A stretch of 64,000 nucleotides of DNA from Entomortierella parvispora E1425. Its lineage: Eukaryota; Fungi; Mortierellomycota. The position numbers and the translations under genes are program-made. Of the stretch, positions 1 through 10,870 are shown in pieces. Numbering within the stretch: the stretch's first letter is position 1; the number at the start of each line of letters is the position of its first letter. A model generated the notes under the pieces. It was not told the DNA's origin, searched no databases, and was given only the letters and a program-made list of their open reading frames with translations. The DNA lies in contig BQFW01000002.1 of assembly GCA_020891255.1 (NCBI GenBank), positions 620,001 through 684,000 of the forward strand. Direction: 5' to 3'.

Positions 1-3000
1 ACGTACCCTCCATTATCAGCAAGGTTCTCGCCCAAGGTCAATCGTCCGTTGACGTGGTTCTCGCGTCCTTGAGGGTCCTTGACAGTAAAGTTGCCATACT
101 GATCCACAAAGCATTGAGATTTGGCCTTGAACTCTTCCAGAGTCTGTTTCGACCACCACTATTGGAGTAAAATGGTTGCAACTTGATGTTAGACGCTGTA
201 ATCTCTGTCTCGTCAATGGCATTTTGATCGCTCAAGCTTTGAAGACTTCTATTCATACATCCGAAAGCTTTCCGTGTGCATCATACTGTCTTCCTTCGTC
301 ATCGAAAGCATGCTAAGACAAGGAGATAAACAAAGATGTCAGCCTTCCCAGATCACTTCAAAAACCCCCTTTTTTTTTTCTTCAAAGCACGAGAAACAGA
401 CATACCGTAAGCTCATGACCAGCCACAACACCAATGCCTCCGTAGTTCAGGTACTCTGGGCTTTCGGAATGGAAGAATGGCTGCTGCAAGATACCGGCCG
501 GGAACACAATCTCGTTCACGGGAGGGTTATAGTAGGCGTTCACGGTTTGAGGACTCATCAGCCACTTGGCCTTATCCACAGGCTTGTCCAGATCCTTGAA
601 CACCCGATCGATCCTCCAACTCCTGGCTCTGACCTGGTTTCCAAAGTAATCCTGCTTGTCGACGCCCAAATCCTTGAAGTAATCCTCCAATGATTCTGGC
701 GACCGGACATCAGGCGACTCGACCGAGTATCCAATCTTTTGAATCAACAGATTCACCTTCTCGGTGGCATTCAACAAAGTCTCGTGGTCCAGCCAATCCA
801 AATGAGAAAGACCCTTCAAGAACGAGGACCTCAAGGAGGTGATGATACCGTCGGCCATCTCCTTGCTGTCACCCTTGAATGTCTTTTCAATGAAATAATG
901 TCCTGCCATCGCTCCCAAGGACTTGTCTACATCGCTCACACAAGTCTCCCAGCGAGGCGTGATCTGATCTGCAGAGACTCCTTGCAGTGCAGCCTTGAGC
1001 TGCTGCAACGGCTTACGGAACTCTACTCCAAGATCCGAGGATAGCGCCTGGATCAGACGCCAGGCAAAATAGTTCTGAAGAGTCATCACGGGAGTGTCCT
1101 TGAGCAGCGCATTCAGCTTCTCAAAGTACTCTGGCGATGAAATGATAATGGGCTCAGGGACGGCAGCGCCGGCGCCAAATAGTTTTTCAATCACCACAGT
1201 CCAGTCGATGGCTGGCAGGATATCCGCGATCTCGGCCAAGGTCCTCGGATTATAAGTCAATTCCGGGTTGCTAAGATCTTCCCTGTCGGAAGAGATGGCA
1301 GCCAAGAGCTTCTCAAACTCGACCACGTTCTTGGCCACCTCGGCCCAAAGGATCGGCTTTGTGATGGTCTCTGGCTCCAGAACGCCATCGTGGTTCTTGT
1401 CCTTGCCTTTGCCCATGACAATCGTAAACATTTCCTCAACGGTCGTTTGATAGATCCCGACAATCTTTTCTTCCGTGTAGTACTCCTTGGAGGGCAATCC
1501 CAGCCCACTTTCTTCCATTCGGAAAACATTCACGTCTGGGTTCTTTGGGTCCGCATCCACATCAAATTCGACCATGGTGGTGACCTCCAGCCAAGCAAGC
1601 TGTGCGATAGCGTGCGCAAGCTCTTCGCGTTCAGCTTGGACCATCAAAGCCTCCTGCTTTTTTTGTTCCTCAACGGGGTCTGCGCGCTTATTGATCTCAT
1701 CGCCCAAGAACGTGTCCACAGGCTCTGGAATAGTGTGCAAGTGGTCTTTGAGATCCGCAGCCACAGGCACGTGGAACTGTGCCTGGGCCTTTGGTGCTCC
1801 TGGGGCCTCTTCCTTGTCCAGCTCGGCCTCTTTCTTGTTCTGCTCCTGCATCTCCAGCCTCAAGATCGATGGTGGCTTGCCTCTAGAGTTCAGCCATTTC
1901 AAATTATCCATGGCGTCCTCCAGTGTGCTTTCGGACTGGGTATCGAGGACACTGTTGGGGGCAGGGAAGGTTTTGATCATCTTTTGAACGAGATCCGCCA
2001 GCGGCTTGACCCCGACCTCTGTCAGCTTTTTCTCGTCCATGCAGCTCTCGTACATGGACTGAAGCTTGATTAGGTTGCGGCGGGAGGCATCATCTTTGCT
2101 CCTGCTGTTGTCATTGGTGCTCTCGGGTGGAGAGAGGATGGCCTTGATTACCTCCTGGTTAAAGTGTAACAAAGGGGACGTCGGTTATTAATATTCAAGG
2201 GGGAGGTGAGAGTAGACAGAAGAAACAGTGCAACAGCATGCACGTCATAGCGACAGAATGAACGAAGTATTGATGACGTTGATCGACGACAAGGTGAGGA
2301 TGGATGGGGACAGATTGGGGATGCTCACCTGGTTGGACTTCTGGATCAAGTTGAAGTATCCGAACTGACCCTTGTCATCTGGAATCGGCACACGATCCAC
2401 GAATCCACCGCCTAACCAAAAAATAAATAAATAAAAAACAGAGTTCAGCGAAGGGGAATCGTTCGTCATTGTACATTCAACGTGGACACGATCCAAATCG
2501 GCGGGTACATTACAATTGAAGGTGAAAAAGTCGGTGCAAGGATCGACCTCTGGCTTCATATCCCGGAGGATATCTGCCGCTATAATCGTGCATTCTCTCG
2601 AAGTACAGATGCCCTAATTGAATTTCGTAAGATGTGGCAAAAGTAGGCATCAGTGCACTGTTAACCCTTTCCATGCTTCCCATCCACACTTTCCCGCATG
2701 CGAGATGCATTGGATAGGGTGAACAAGTTGCCCAAGTTGCCTAAAAATAAAACAAAGATCCTTACGTTCTTTCCGCTCGCAGGGATCTCCTCTCTGGCGC
2801 GTACGTACGCGCACAGGAGGCAGATCGACAGCACAAAGAAAAGGGCCGCGACCGCCATCCACTTCTTTTCAGTCTTTGAGTATTTGTTCTGGAACGAAAA
2901 ATAGGCCCTTCGACACGGGAAGCAACAGCAGCTGTAAAAGACTCTCTTTAAACCTGTTGGTCGATCCTGTCCAAAGAAGCGTTGTGCGTCCAAGTCTGCG

Positions 3001-3314
3001 TGGGAATGTAAACCCGATGGGGATCCTGGTCCGCCTGGGGGTGGGGGTCCGCTGCGTCGTCTGTAGCCGGCTCCGCCTGTGTTTTGATGACCGTAAGTGC
3101 TGGGGTCAGGACCAAGGATGTCCTCTGTCTCTTCTGACCAGTGTCTGCCGTTGGTATTATTGTTGGAGTGAGATGAATTGGCGGGCAAACTGGAGCTTAA
3201 GTGCTGACCAGGACTTCCAGAGGGATAGTTGCTATGCGTGGGTATAGAGGAAGAACGAGGAGGGTGTTGACCTGCGAGGAGGGGAGTGGTATCGGAAGAG
3301 GGAGATGGAGGCAT
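1..3314 (-). CDS. M13 family zinc metallopeptidase (neprilysin/endothelin-converting-enzyme-like), type II membrane protein; 3' end runs off the window start
   Basis: Spliced by eye, exons approx 3314-2766, 2613-2514, 2412-2327, 2157-406, 312-261, 161-7. Single N-terminal TM (WMAVAALFFVLSICLLCAYV), CTSREC...VDPCTDFF, VNAYY, GHELT|HAFD (HExxH across an intron) and GENLADNGG. Confidence 0.95.
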
Positions 3315-4016
3315 GGTCTTTTATTTGTTGCCGTCTGGCCCTGATCCTTTTTGTAGGGGTGAGGGTGAAATATGAAGCAAGTTGTGGCGCGAGGAATGGA
3401 CGGTCAAGGGTAGCGTCGGTTGGGAATAAGGACTAGCGAAGGTTTCCTCTGTTTCCAGGGGCGAGGTGGATTGTGCGCAGAGGAACGAAATAATGGAAGT
3501 GTATGTTTACTGTATTACGACAAGAGGGAAGAGTAAGGGTACGTATATGAGTCAATGGGTGTGTGTGTGTGTTGGTGAGTGAAGGTGAGTGAAGTTGAAG
3601 GGTGAAAGATGGAGGGAGAAGAAGGAAAGAAAAAGAAAAAGAGAAGGAAAAAGAAAAGGGAAACGAGGAGATGAAACGAAACGCACGTAATGCAAACGGA
3701 CAGACAGGCAAAGAGACGGTCCGGATCCCCGACTGGCGATGCCAAGCCTGAGCCAAGCCTTCATTTCCTTGCGTTGCGCCGATCCATGGTGACGAGAGTC
3801 GTTTGTGATGTGATTGAGACGAAGTCAGCCACCTTGGGACGATTGGATGAGCGATCGACCATGTGACCAATGTGGAACTCTCTATGTTCATTTCAAACAG
3901 AGGGCACGAGGAAGGCTCTAGCCCGTTTTGTCGATGTCATTGACGAGGAAGATGGTTCTGCTGCTATATGTAGAGAGAAAGGACTCGCGATCGCGACGCG
4001 TGTTTTTGTTTCTTGG

Positions 4017-4050
4017 GACAGACAGACAGACAGACGGACGGACAGACGGA
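4017..4050 (+). repeat. (GACA/GACG)n tetranucleotide microsatellite
   Basis: gacagacagacagacagacggacggacagacgga read directly. Confidence 0.9.
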
Positions 4051-4326
4051 CATGCGGACCAACAGGCACACAACAAACAGCGGAGTAGACAAAGGCAGCA
4101 CAGCTTATGAAATGAATTAGCCAAATAGACATTGTCCGCTCACCGAGTTTGTGCAACGTCAGGCAGATCCTTGGAGTTAAGTTCGATCATCGATGTCGCT
4201 CGATGCTGATCCAGGCCATGTACCGAGAAAGCTGAGAAAGCGGAGAATCCAGGCAAGGAAGGAAGGACCAGAAGGGAAGAAGACACGGATGGAACAAGAA
4301 AACCCGAAACCGAGCCAGTCAGTCAC

Positions 4327-4369
4327 TGTCTGTCTGTCTGTCCTGTCTGTCTGTCTGTCTGACTGTCTG
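4327..4369 (+). repeat. (TGTC)n tetranucleotide microsatellite, inverted relative to the 4017-4050 tract
   Basis: tgtctgtctgtctgtcctgtctgtctgtctgtctgactgtctg read directly. Confidence 0.9.
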
Positions 4370-4414
4370 CCAGGGATGGATGGGAGGTGAGATGATCGAG
4401 TCTGTTTTTGTGTC

Positions 4415-4487
4415 TGCACACTTCGCATGGTGCACACTGCAGCACATTGCACACACACACTGCACACAAGACAAGACTTGTGCACAC
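4415..4487 (+). promoter_or_regulatory. Cluster of five TGCACAC heptamers upstream of the ZIP transporter (candidate metal-responsive elements)
   Basis: TGCACAC at 4415, 4431, 4448, 4461 and 4481, about 280-350 bp upstream of ATG 4766. The motif fits the MRE core TGCRCNC; function is inferred. Confidence 0.4.
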
Positions 4488-4765
4488 CATCGAGCGAGTA
4501 CCCTCCCAGTCATCAAACATCTCCCTCTCCCTTCCCTTTCTCTCTTTCTCTCTCCCGATGGACAATCAGTCAAACGCACTGCATCGCATCGCATTCATCC
4601 ATCCCTTTTTCTCTTCTCTCTTCCTTCTTTTCTTCCGTCTTTTCTTCTCATCTTCCCTCTTCTTTCTTCTCATTGCTCCATTCTTGTCCACACCCCGCAT
4701 CTGATTCATTACCTCCGTCTCTTCTTTCATTCCAACGTTTGCCCTCTTCCTCTCTCTGTCCGACA

Positions 4766-7269
4766 ATGTCATTCACCAAAGACGGTGCTGGTGATGACTA
4801 CCAGGCTTGGGTCTTCACCCTCGCCTCGGCCCTTGCGTGCGTCTTTGGAGGTAAGCTTGCTCGCTCCTCACTCGAGCAACACCTCGGAAGGAATGATCTA
4901 CCGCTTAGCACTAACTTTCGTTTGCTTACTTTACCTTTTCTCTGCTACTTTTCAGCTGGATTGATCTTCATCGATACCATTGTGAAAAAGATTTTCGGAC
5001 GAGATGTCCACATCCTCCAAAACCACAAGTTTCTGGCCGGATCTCTTGGTCTTGGCTCTGGTGTCATGGTAGAGTTTCCTTCTTCCTCAACTGACTCCCC
5101 CTTTCAATCTCCTTTCAGCTTCGGAAATTGTGGAAAACAAAGAAGACGAGGAAAGGCCGCGCGCGCCCTTGTGATCAGTTGATTATGTGGATTTGCTTAT
5201 GTTTGCCTGTGCGCGGGGGTGGACGCAGCGGGAATATGGAATACACAAGGGATAGAGCAAAAGAGCCAATGGTTATTAACATGGTCAGTTGGACACCAGT
5301 GCCCTGCATGTCCTCAGGATGGTGTAGAACATGGTAGCACAGGAGCGACAAAAAGGATTGCAAAGAAAGATCCCGACCACACTAAAAGAAACCGACACGG
5401 GGGGAGAGTCCAGATCCCACGATAAGAAACTCAAGAGACAAAGACAATTTGCGCCATTTTTTTTTTGACCTCTTTTTTGTTTCTTGTTCATCTCAATAGA
5501 TCTTTTCCAGCTTCTACAACCTACTGCCCGAGGCAAAGGAGCAGCTGTCGTCCGAGCTATCCATCTTTTCCGGACATGCGGACGCCTACCTGATGCTCTT
5601 CTTCTTTTCTGGCGTGGGCATCATGGCCCTGATCCACTGGATCATGCATCGCTTCGAGTCTGGCTCCAACTCGCCTGGCATCGAAAACAGTGGCGCAATC
5701 GAGCAGTTTATGCAACGGGAGGCGCGTCAGAACGGAAGTGTACTTCCTCAGCACCAATCCAGTTACCAGCAACCACTTCCTTGTCAACAGGGACCCCCGC
5801 CACTCTATGGGCAACGTGTTCCCAAAGGATCGGCCTTGTCCGGTGCAGGAACAGCGATGACCGCATCTACCTCCTCGTCCGCGCATGCATGTGAGGGCTG
5901 TGTGCAAGAGGAGAGCGACGAGGAAGGGGGTGTGGATGAGGAGGAGCGCTACAATGACTCGGAATACGTGGACGACGAGGTTACGTCACTGTTGGACAAT
6001 GCCTTTCTGCAAATAGGAAAGACACCAACAAACGGCCGGATGGACGAGGCAACTCGAATCCGCCAGAACGGACGTGACCAGGAGAGTGAGGATGATGAAG
6101 GAAGCATAGAGGTTGTCATTTCTGACCAAAAGGACAAGATCTTGAGACGGACCTCGGACCATCACAGTGACTATGATCTGGATCTGGATTTGAATCACCA
6201 AGAGGATCTCCCTGACAAGCAACCAGGTCGAGGCGACTTTGGTTCGCGAAAGAGCTCTTGGTCATCCATTGCGACTCGACCCCAGAGACCTTTTGCGCCT
6301 GTGAGCAAGAGAAGGAAATCCGGGACTGGATCCAAATCCAAGGCCAAGGTGCCTCGGAAGGCCAAGGAGTGCCATTTGGGACATACCACTGACAGGAAGC
6401 ATCGTCAATACCATCACCACCCCTCCAACACCCATGCGCATACCCACACTCATACGCATACCCCACCTCCTACGAATACCACGAGCAAAAACTATGGAGC
6501 AGTTCCTTCCTTGAACTCGAGACCTTATTCTGTATTACCACCCCCCACACCTTACCAAAATGCAACCCATCTCAGACGGACGTCCTTCCCTAGACTGAAC
6601 CAGCGTCCAGGGCATGGCGTTTCATACTCGTCGCATGATAATCTGGACCATGCCGTTGCAGATGACCGGGAGCATGCCGACTTGACCGAGATTGGTATTC
6701 AAACGGCCTTGACCATTGCAGTCCACAAGTTTCCAGGTAACGTCTTAATTTCACACTGTGCTTTCGTCAGAAAACTGTCTTTTGTGGTGTTTTCTGAAAA
6801 CTCATATTCCTTCTTTGTCTAATGTCATGTTCTAATAGAGGGACTTATTACCTTCTTGTCAACGACGGCCGATCCGTGTTTGGGCTTGTCTGTGTTCATG
6901 GCGATTGCGGTCCACAACCTAATTGAAGGTTACTTGATTGCCTTCCCTCTCTTTATCGGATTACACTCGCGGACCAAGGCCTTTGCCCTGGCTGCTGCTC
7001 TCGGAGGACTCTCGCAGCCCATCGGCGCTGTCTTGGGTTGGTTCATCTTGCGAAAGGTTGCCAGCATGGGCTGGCAAGTATCGGCGACAGGATGCATCTA
7101 TGCCGTCGTGGCGGGTATGATGTCCTCGATCGCCGTCAATGGCATGTGGCCACAGGCAGTCAAATGTGTTGGACGCAAAAAGACAAAGGTTGTCCAGCTC
7201 TCGTTCTTTGCCGGTATCGCCATCATGGGCGCTTGTCAGGCGGTCATGGGCACACAGTGCGATTTCTAA
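4766..7269 (+). CDS. ZIP (ZupT/GufA-like) zinc/iron permease with a very long His/acidic cytosolic loop
   Basis: Exons approx 4766-4850, 4956-5068, 5500-6736, 6839-7269. TM4 AVHKFP|EG and TM5 AVHNLIEG, GGLSQPIGA, LGLGSGVM, multiple TM helices. Confidence 0.92.
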
Positions 7270-7578
7270 AGAATGAGAGGAGGGAGCCTTCCTACTGTAT
7301 CTTGTTTTTTTCCCTCTGGATGGAAAATCGTGCCACCCATTTTACCTCACCCATTGTAATTTTAGACCCATTTCACCCCCTCTCTTTTTTTTCTGCCATC
7401 TTTTGTACTTTTAACTGTGCTATGCATCAATCATAGTTTTATATAAAATATCGTACATGGCAGGGGCAAAGCTGTGTGGTGGATCAGTGGTAGTGAGGGA
7501 CGAAGCTCTAAATCCGGAGGGCTGCAGCTTTTCAGAGTCCTCTTTCGTCCTTGACTGGTTTTTGGTTCAAAGCTTTCT

Positions 7579-9294
7579 TTACAAAAAGTAGTGAATCGCA
7601 TCCTGAGTAGGGTCCATCCCCGCTGTTGTCAAGAAACTTGAGGCTCCGTTTCCGTTTCCATTTCCTGCAGCAGGAGAAGAAGTCATGGCTCCATTACTTC
7701 CTACACCACTGAACAATCCTGTCGGGATCCCGTTCGCAAACATGGCTGCGCGCTGAACCTCTGCAGCTGAAGGTCGCTCGTTCTCAGGTGCTGCCTCGAA
7801 TACATTGAAATGCCGTTCACCATCGACGCCAACCTCCAAAATCGACGCCAGGTTCCCGCAGCGGTAGCAGTAATTAGGCGCCGACCAAACAGTTGAAAGC
7901 TGGTCATCGAACAGGACCTGGAATCCTTCCATACAGAGCTGATGCGCTCGGAGGATATGGTCCATCCCGTTCTCATGTAAGAATTTCTCGACCACCAAGC
8001 TTCCAAATGTGTATCCAGCGCCTCTGGGCGACACTGCAAACTCTTCCCGTCCAGGATCAGGATCCGACCACACCAAATCCGCCATAGGTCCCTCATGTGG
8101 GATTTCTATATAAGATCGATACCGGGTTCCCGTCGGCAGGAAGTTTAGTCCGCGTTTCCAAAATAAAGAGATAAAAAAAAGGGGTAGAAATTCGTTTGGA
8201 ATTCAACAGTACCTTTGAACCGATCCATGACTTTGATCTGGTCTATCGTGTGAATCGACGGTGATAGTCCTGGATTGATGGCCAAGTAGAGAAGCAGTTT
8301 AGCAATGGGTCTTTGATTCGCACAAGGGAAAGCAATCATGGGAAAAGGTATATTACCTCCATGAACACAAAAGATCATGTTGTCAATGACAACTGAAAGC
8401 GTAAGATAATCGAATAGATCCGTAAAGTAATGCCAGACCTGTGGACTTCCATATTTCTTCATGCACTCGGTATAAAATCCATACGTCTAAAGGTCAAAGA
8501 AAAAAAAAGGAAAAACAGTTAGCCAGTTCGTGGTGCATCCTCCCTCTTCGTCCCAACCAGACCTATGTCGTCAGTTCGTTGTTGATTCATGTGCCTTGTG
8601 CTCGATACTGGTTGGGCGGTGGGGGGTTGTTGAAATTCGACCGTGACAAAAACCACAGTCTTCATTTGTTGTCCTCATTTTACCTGCGTCACGGCTCGAG
8701 ACTCGTGATTGCCTCGTACAAGTTGGACCCTGTCTGGGTACCGCAGCTTCAAGCAGGTCAAGATCGACATGGTCTCAACACTATATAATCCCCGATCCAC
8801 ATAGTCACCTAAAGACAGAAAAAGATGGGGAGGATTGTCAACATCTTTATCTTTTTTTTTTTTTTTTTTTTGCTCAAGCACAACGATCGCCAGAATAGAC
8901 ATACCTAAAAACAGATAGTTCGTGTCTGGACAGTACCCGCCAATCTTGAATATCTCGAGTAGATCATAAAACTGTCTAATGCATCCCAAGTATCATGAGA
9001 GTCGATGACGAGCGCGCGTTAGACAGAAAGAAAAAAAAATGAGCGCGTTTATCGTGCGGTGCGTGCTGTGTCTGCCTCTCGAAAAAAAACAAAAAAATAG
9101 ACAATGCGACTGCAATGCGAGGACGCTCACCCATGAATGTCTCCGACGACGGTAACAGGCGCGTTGATGTGAACGACATTGCTCTCGTTCATGAGCAACT
9201 CTTTGGTGCGTTCACAAATCTCCTTGATCACTGACTCTGCCAGCAGCTGTCGCTTGAAGAGTGATTCAATGCATCTGTCCAGGTCCAGTACCAT
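7579..9294 (-). CDS. PPG1: PP2A-family Ser/Thr phosphatase catalytic subunit, Ppg1 type
   Basis: Start [10 protein letters not shown] at 9294. Motifs [47 protein letters not shown] across six exons. Confidence 0.93.
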
Positions 9295-9741
9295 CGAAGG
9301 CTGCTGTGAGTAATGTCGAAAAAGGAGAGAATGAGGGGACGAAGGAGTTCGAGTGGAATCAAAGAGTCGTTTAGGCTTGATGGGGGAAGAGAAAGGGGAC
9401 GTTGGTCGAGAGTTGTGGGGAGAATGTCGAAAAGAGGGAGGAAGAAGGGGGATGCGCAGAGGCGAATGCGGTCCTCATTCTTCCCTTTTTGACCTTTGTG
9501 ACCCTTTGGGCCACACGCTGCCCCTGCTGCCATGGCTCTCACGCCGCCACGGGTTCACGCGCATGTGCCCTCCCTTCCTGCTTGCCTCTCTTCTTGGGGC
9601 CAATTCTTCTCCCGTGGCAACCTCTATCCCCGAGGCAACATCAGCTGAAGATAATAGCGTTCTCTTTATTATTAGCGCTGTCGCCGTTGGTGGGTACTGT
9701 TCTCATCCATTACTGTCCAGTCCCAATTCCAGACGAGTCAT

Positions 9742-10525
9742 TTAATCGATGAAGTACTCGAGGGGGGTGTCCTTGTCCCAGACAGCGCACTCGGGGGTGG
9801 TGTGAAGCATGTAAAAGTCAATCTTTCCTTCGTGGCTCTTGTGGGCACTATGTTGCAATACAGGAAATAAAGATAAGAGCGGACCATGGCAGGTTAGTCA
9901 TGCAGTTCCCTGTTTGTGCCTTGTTCCTGTTTTGCTCCCTTTGCTGCTCTATTGTCGTGTATCATCTCCCTTACCGAGCGTGGATGTACTTCTCATCACC
10001 CAGGTGAATCTTGGCAAAGTAGTTGCTAGAGAAAAAAAAGAGAACGGGGAGGAAAGAATACCGATTTAGCCTTTTTTTTCATGCATGTCTCCCTTGTCCC
10101 GTATCAGGCGCGTCAACATGAAACTTTCAAGCTTTACCGTCCAAAAGCAACATCCTCGGTGGCATAGAGAATGGGGTTGTAAGAAGAGATGTGCTTGACT
10201 AGAGGAAACATAAAGAAGTAAGAGTCAGACGAGAACAATACCAACTTTTATATTCCTGAAGCGATAGACTTACGCTTGTCCATCTCGTGCAATCCGTGGC
10301 GGTCATCCTCGCGGTTAAGGCGGTGGATCTCGTCCAAGACTTCGTCCTTGACCTTGCGGAAGACTTTTAAAGGAAGCAGAGAGTTGGAATGATTAGCTTT
10401 TTGTCATTGATTCATGAGACCATGGACACAAAAAAAAAAAAAAAAAGAAGAGCTGACATACCCTCGAAACACTCCTCGTCAGCAGGACGAGGCTTGGTCA
10501 TGGCGTTGTGCTTGGCGTCAGACAT
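9742..10525 (-). CDS. Stefin (type 1 cystatin)-like protein, 123 aa, five short exons (missed by the ORF track)
   Basis: Exons 10525-10462, 10363-10274, 10198-10138, 10025-9975, 9847-9742, all with GT-AG introns and consistent phases. Product MSDAKHNAMTKPRPADEECFEVFRKVKDEVLDEIHRLNREDDRHGLHEMDKLKHISSYNPILYATEDVAFGRNYFAKIHLGDEKYIHARAHKSHEGKIDFYMLHTTPECAVWDKDTPLEYFID. It resembles stefin B (GTNYFIKVHVGDEDFVHLRV...DELTYF). Confidence 0.85.
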
Positions 10526-10870
10526 GGCTGTTTGAAGGAAGGAGTTGATGAAACGGAGGGGAGGTGATTGATGAAGTGAAAAACAAATGAAAAGAGAGAA
10601 AAGAAGATGGGATGAGAGCACTCTCTTCTCGTCCCTTGTTGTCCCTCTTCGTCCGCTCTCGTCCCCTGCAGACACCACATGGCCCATCCTTCCCCCTGCA
10701 CGCGTCTGGTGCGCGCTTTTCTGTTGTGACCCCTTAAACTCTCTCATCTTCGATGCTGTTTTTTGCTTCTTTATGATAGCTTCGTGTTTCTATGGTGTCG
10801 TTGACATGGTCCCTAACCTACAGCCCTCTGGCGCTCTCCTTCTCTCCCTCTCTCTCTCTCTTACAGACCT

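Noticed and set aside
10462-10525. MSDAKHNA.. as an MSDIN-type RiPP precursor near the POP genes
   Set aside because: It lacks the MSDINATRLP leader and follower motifs, and it splices cleanly into the stefin-like protein.
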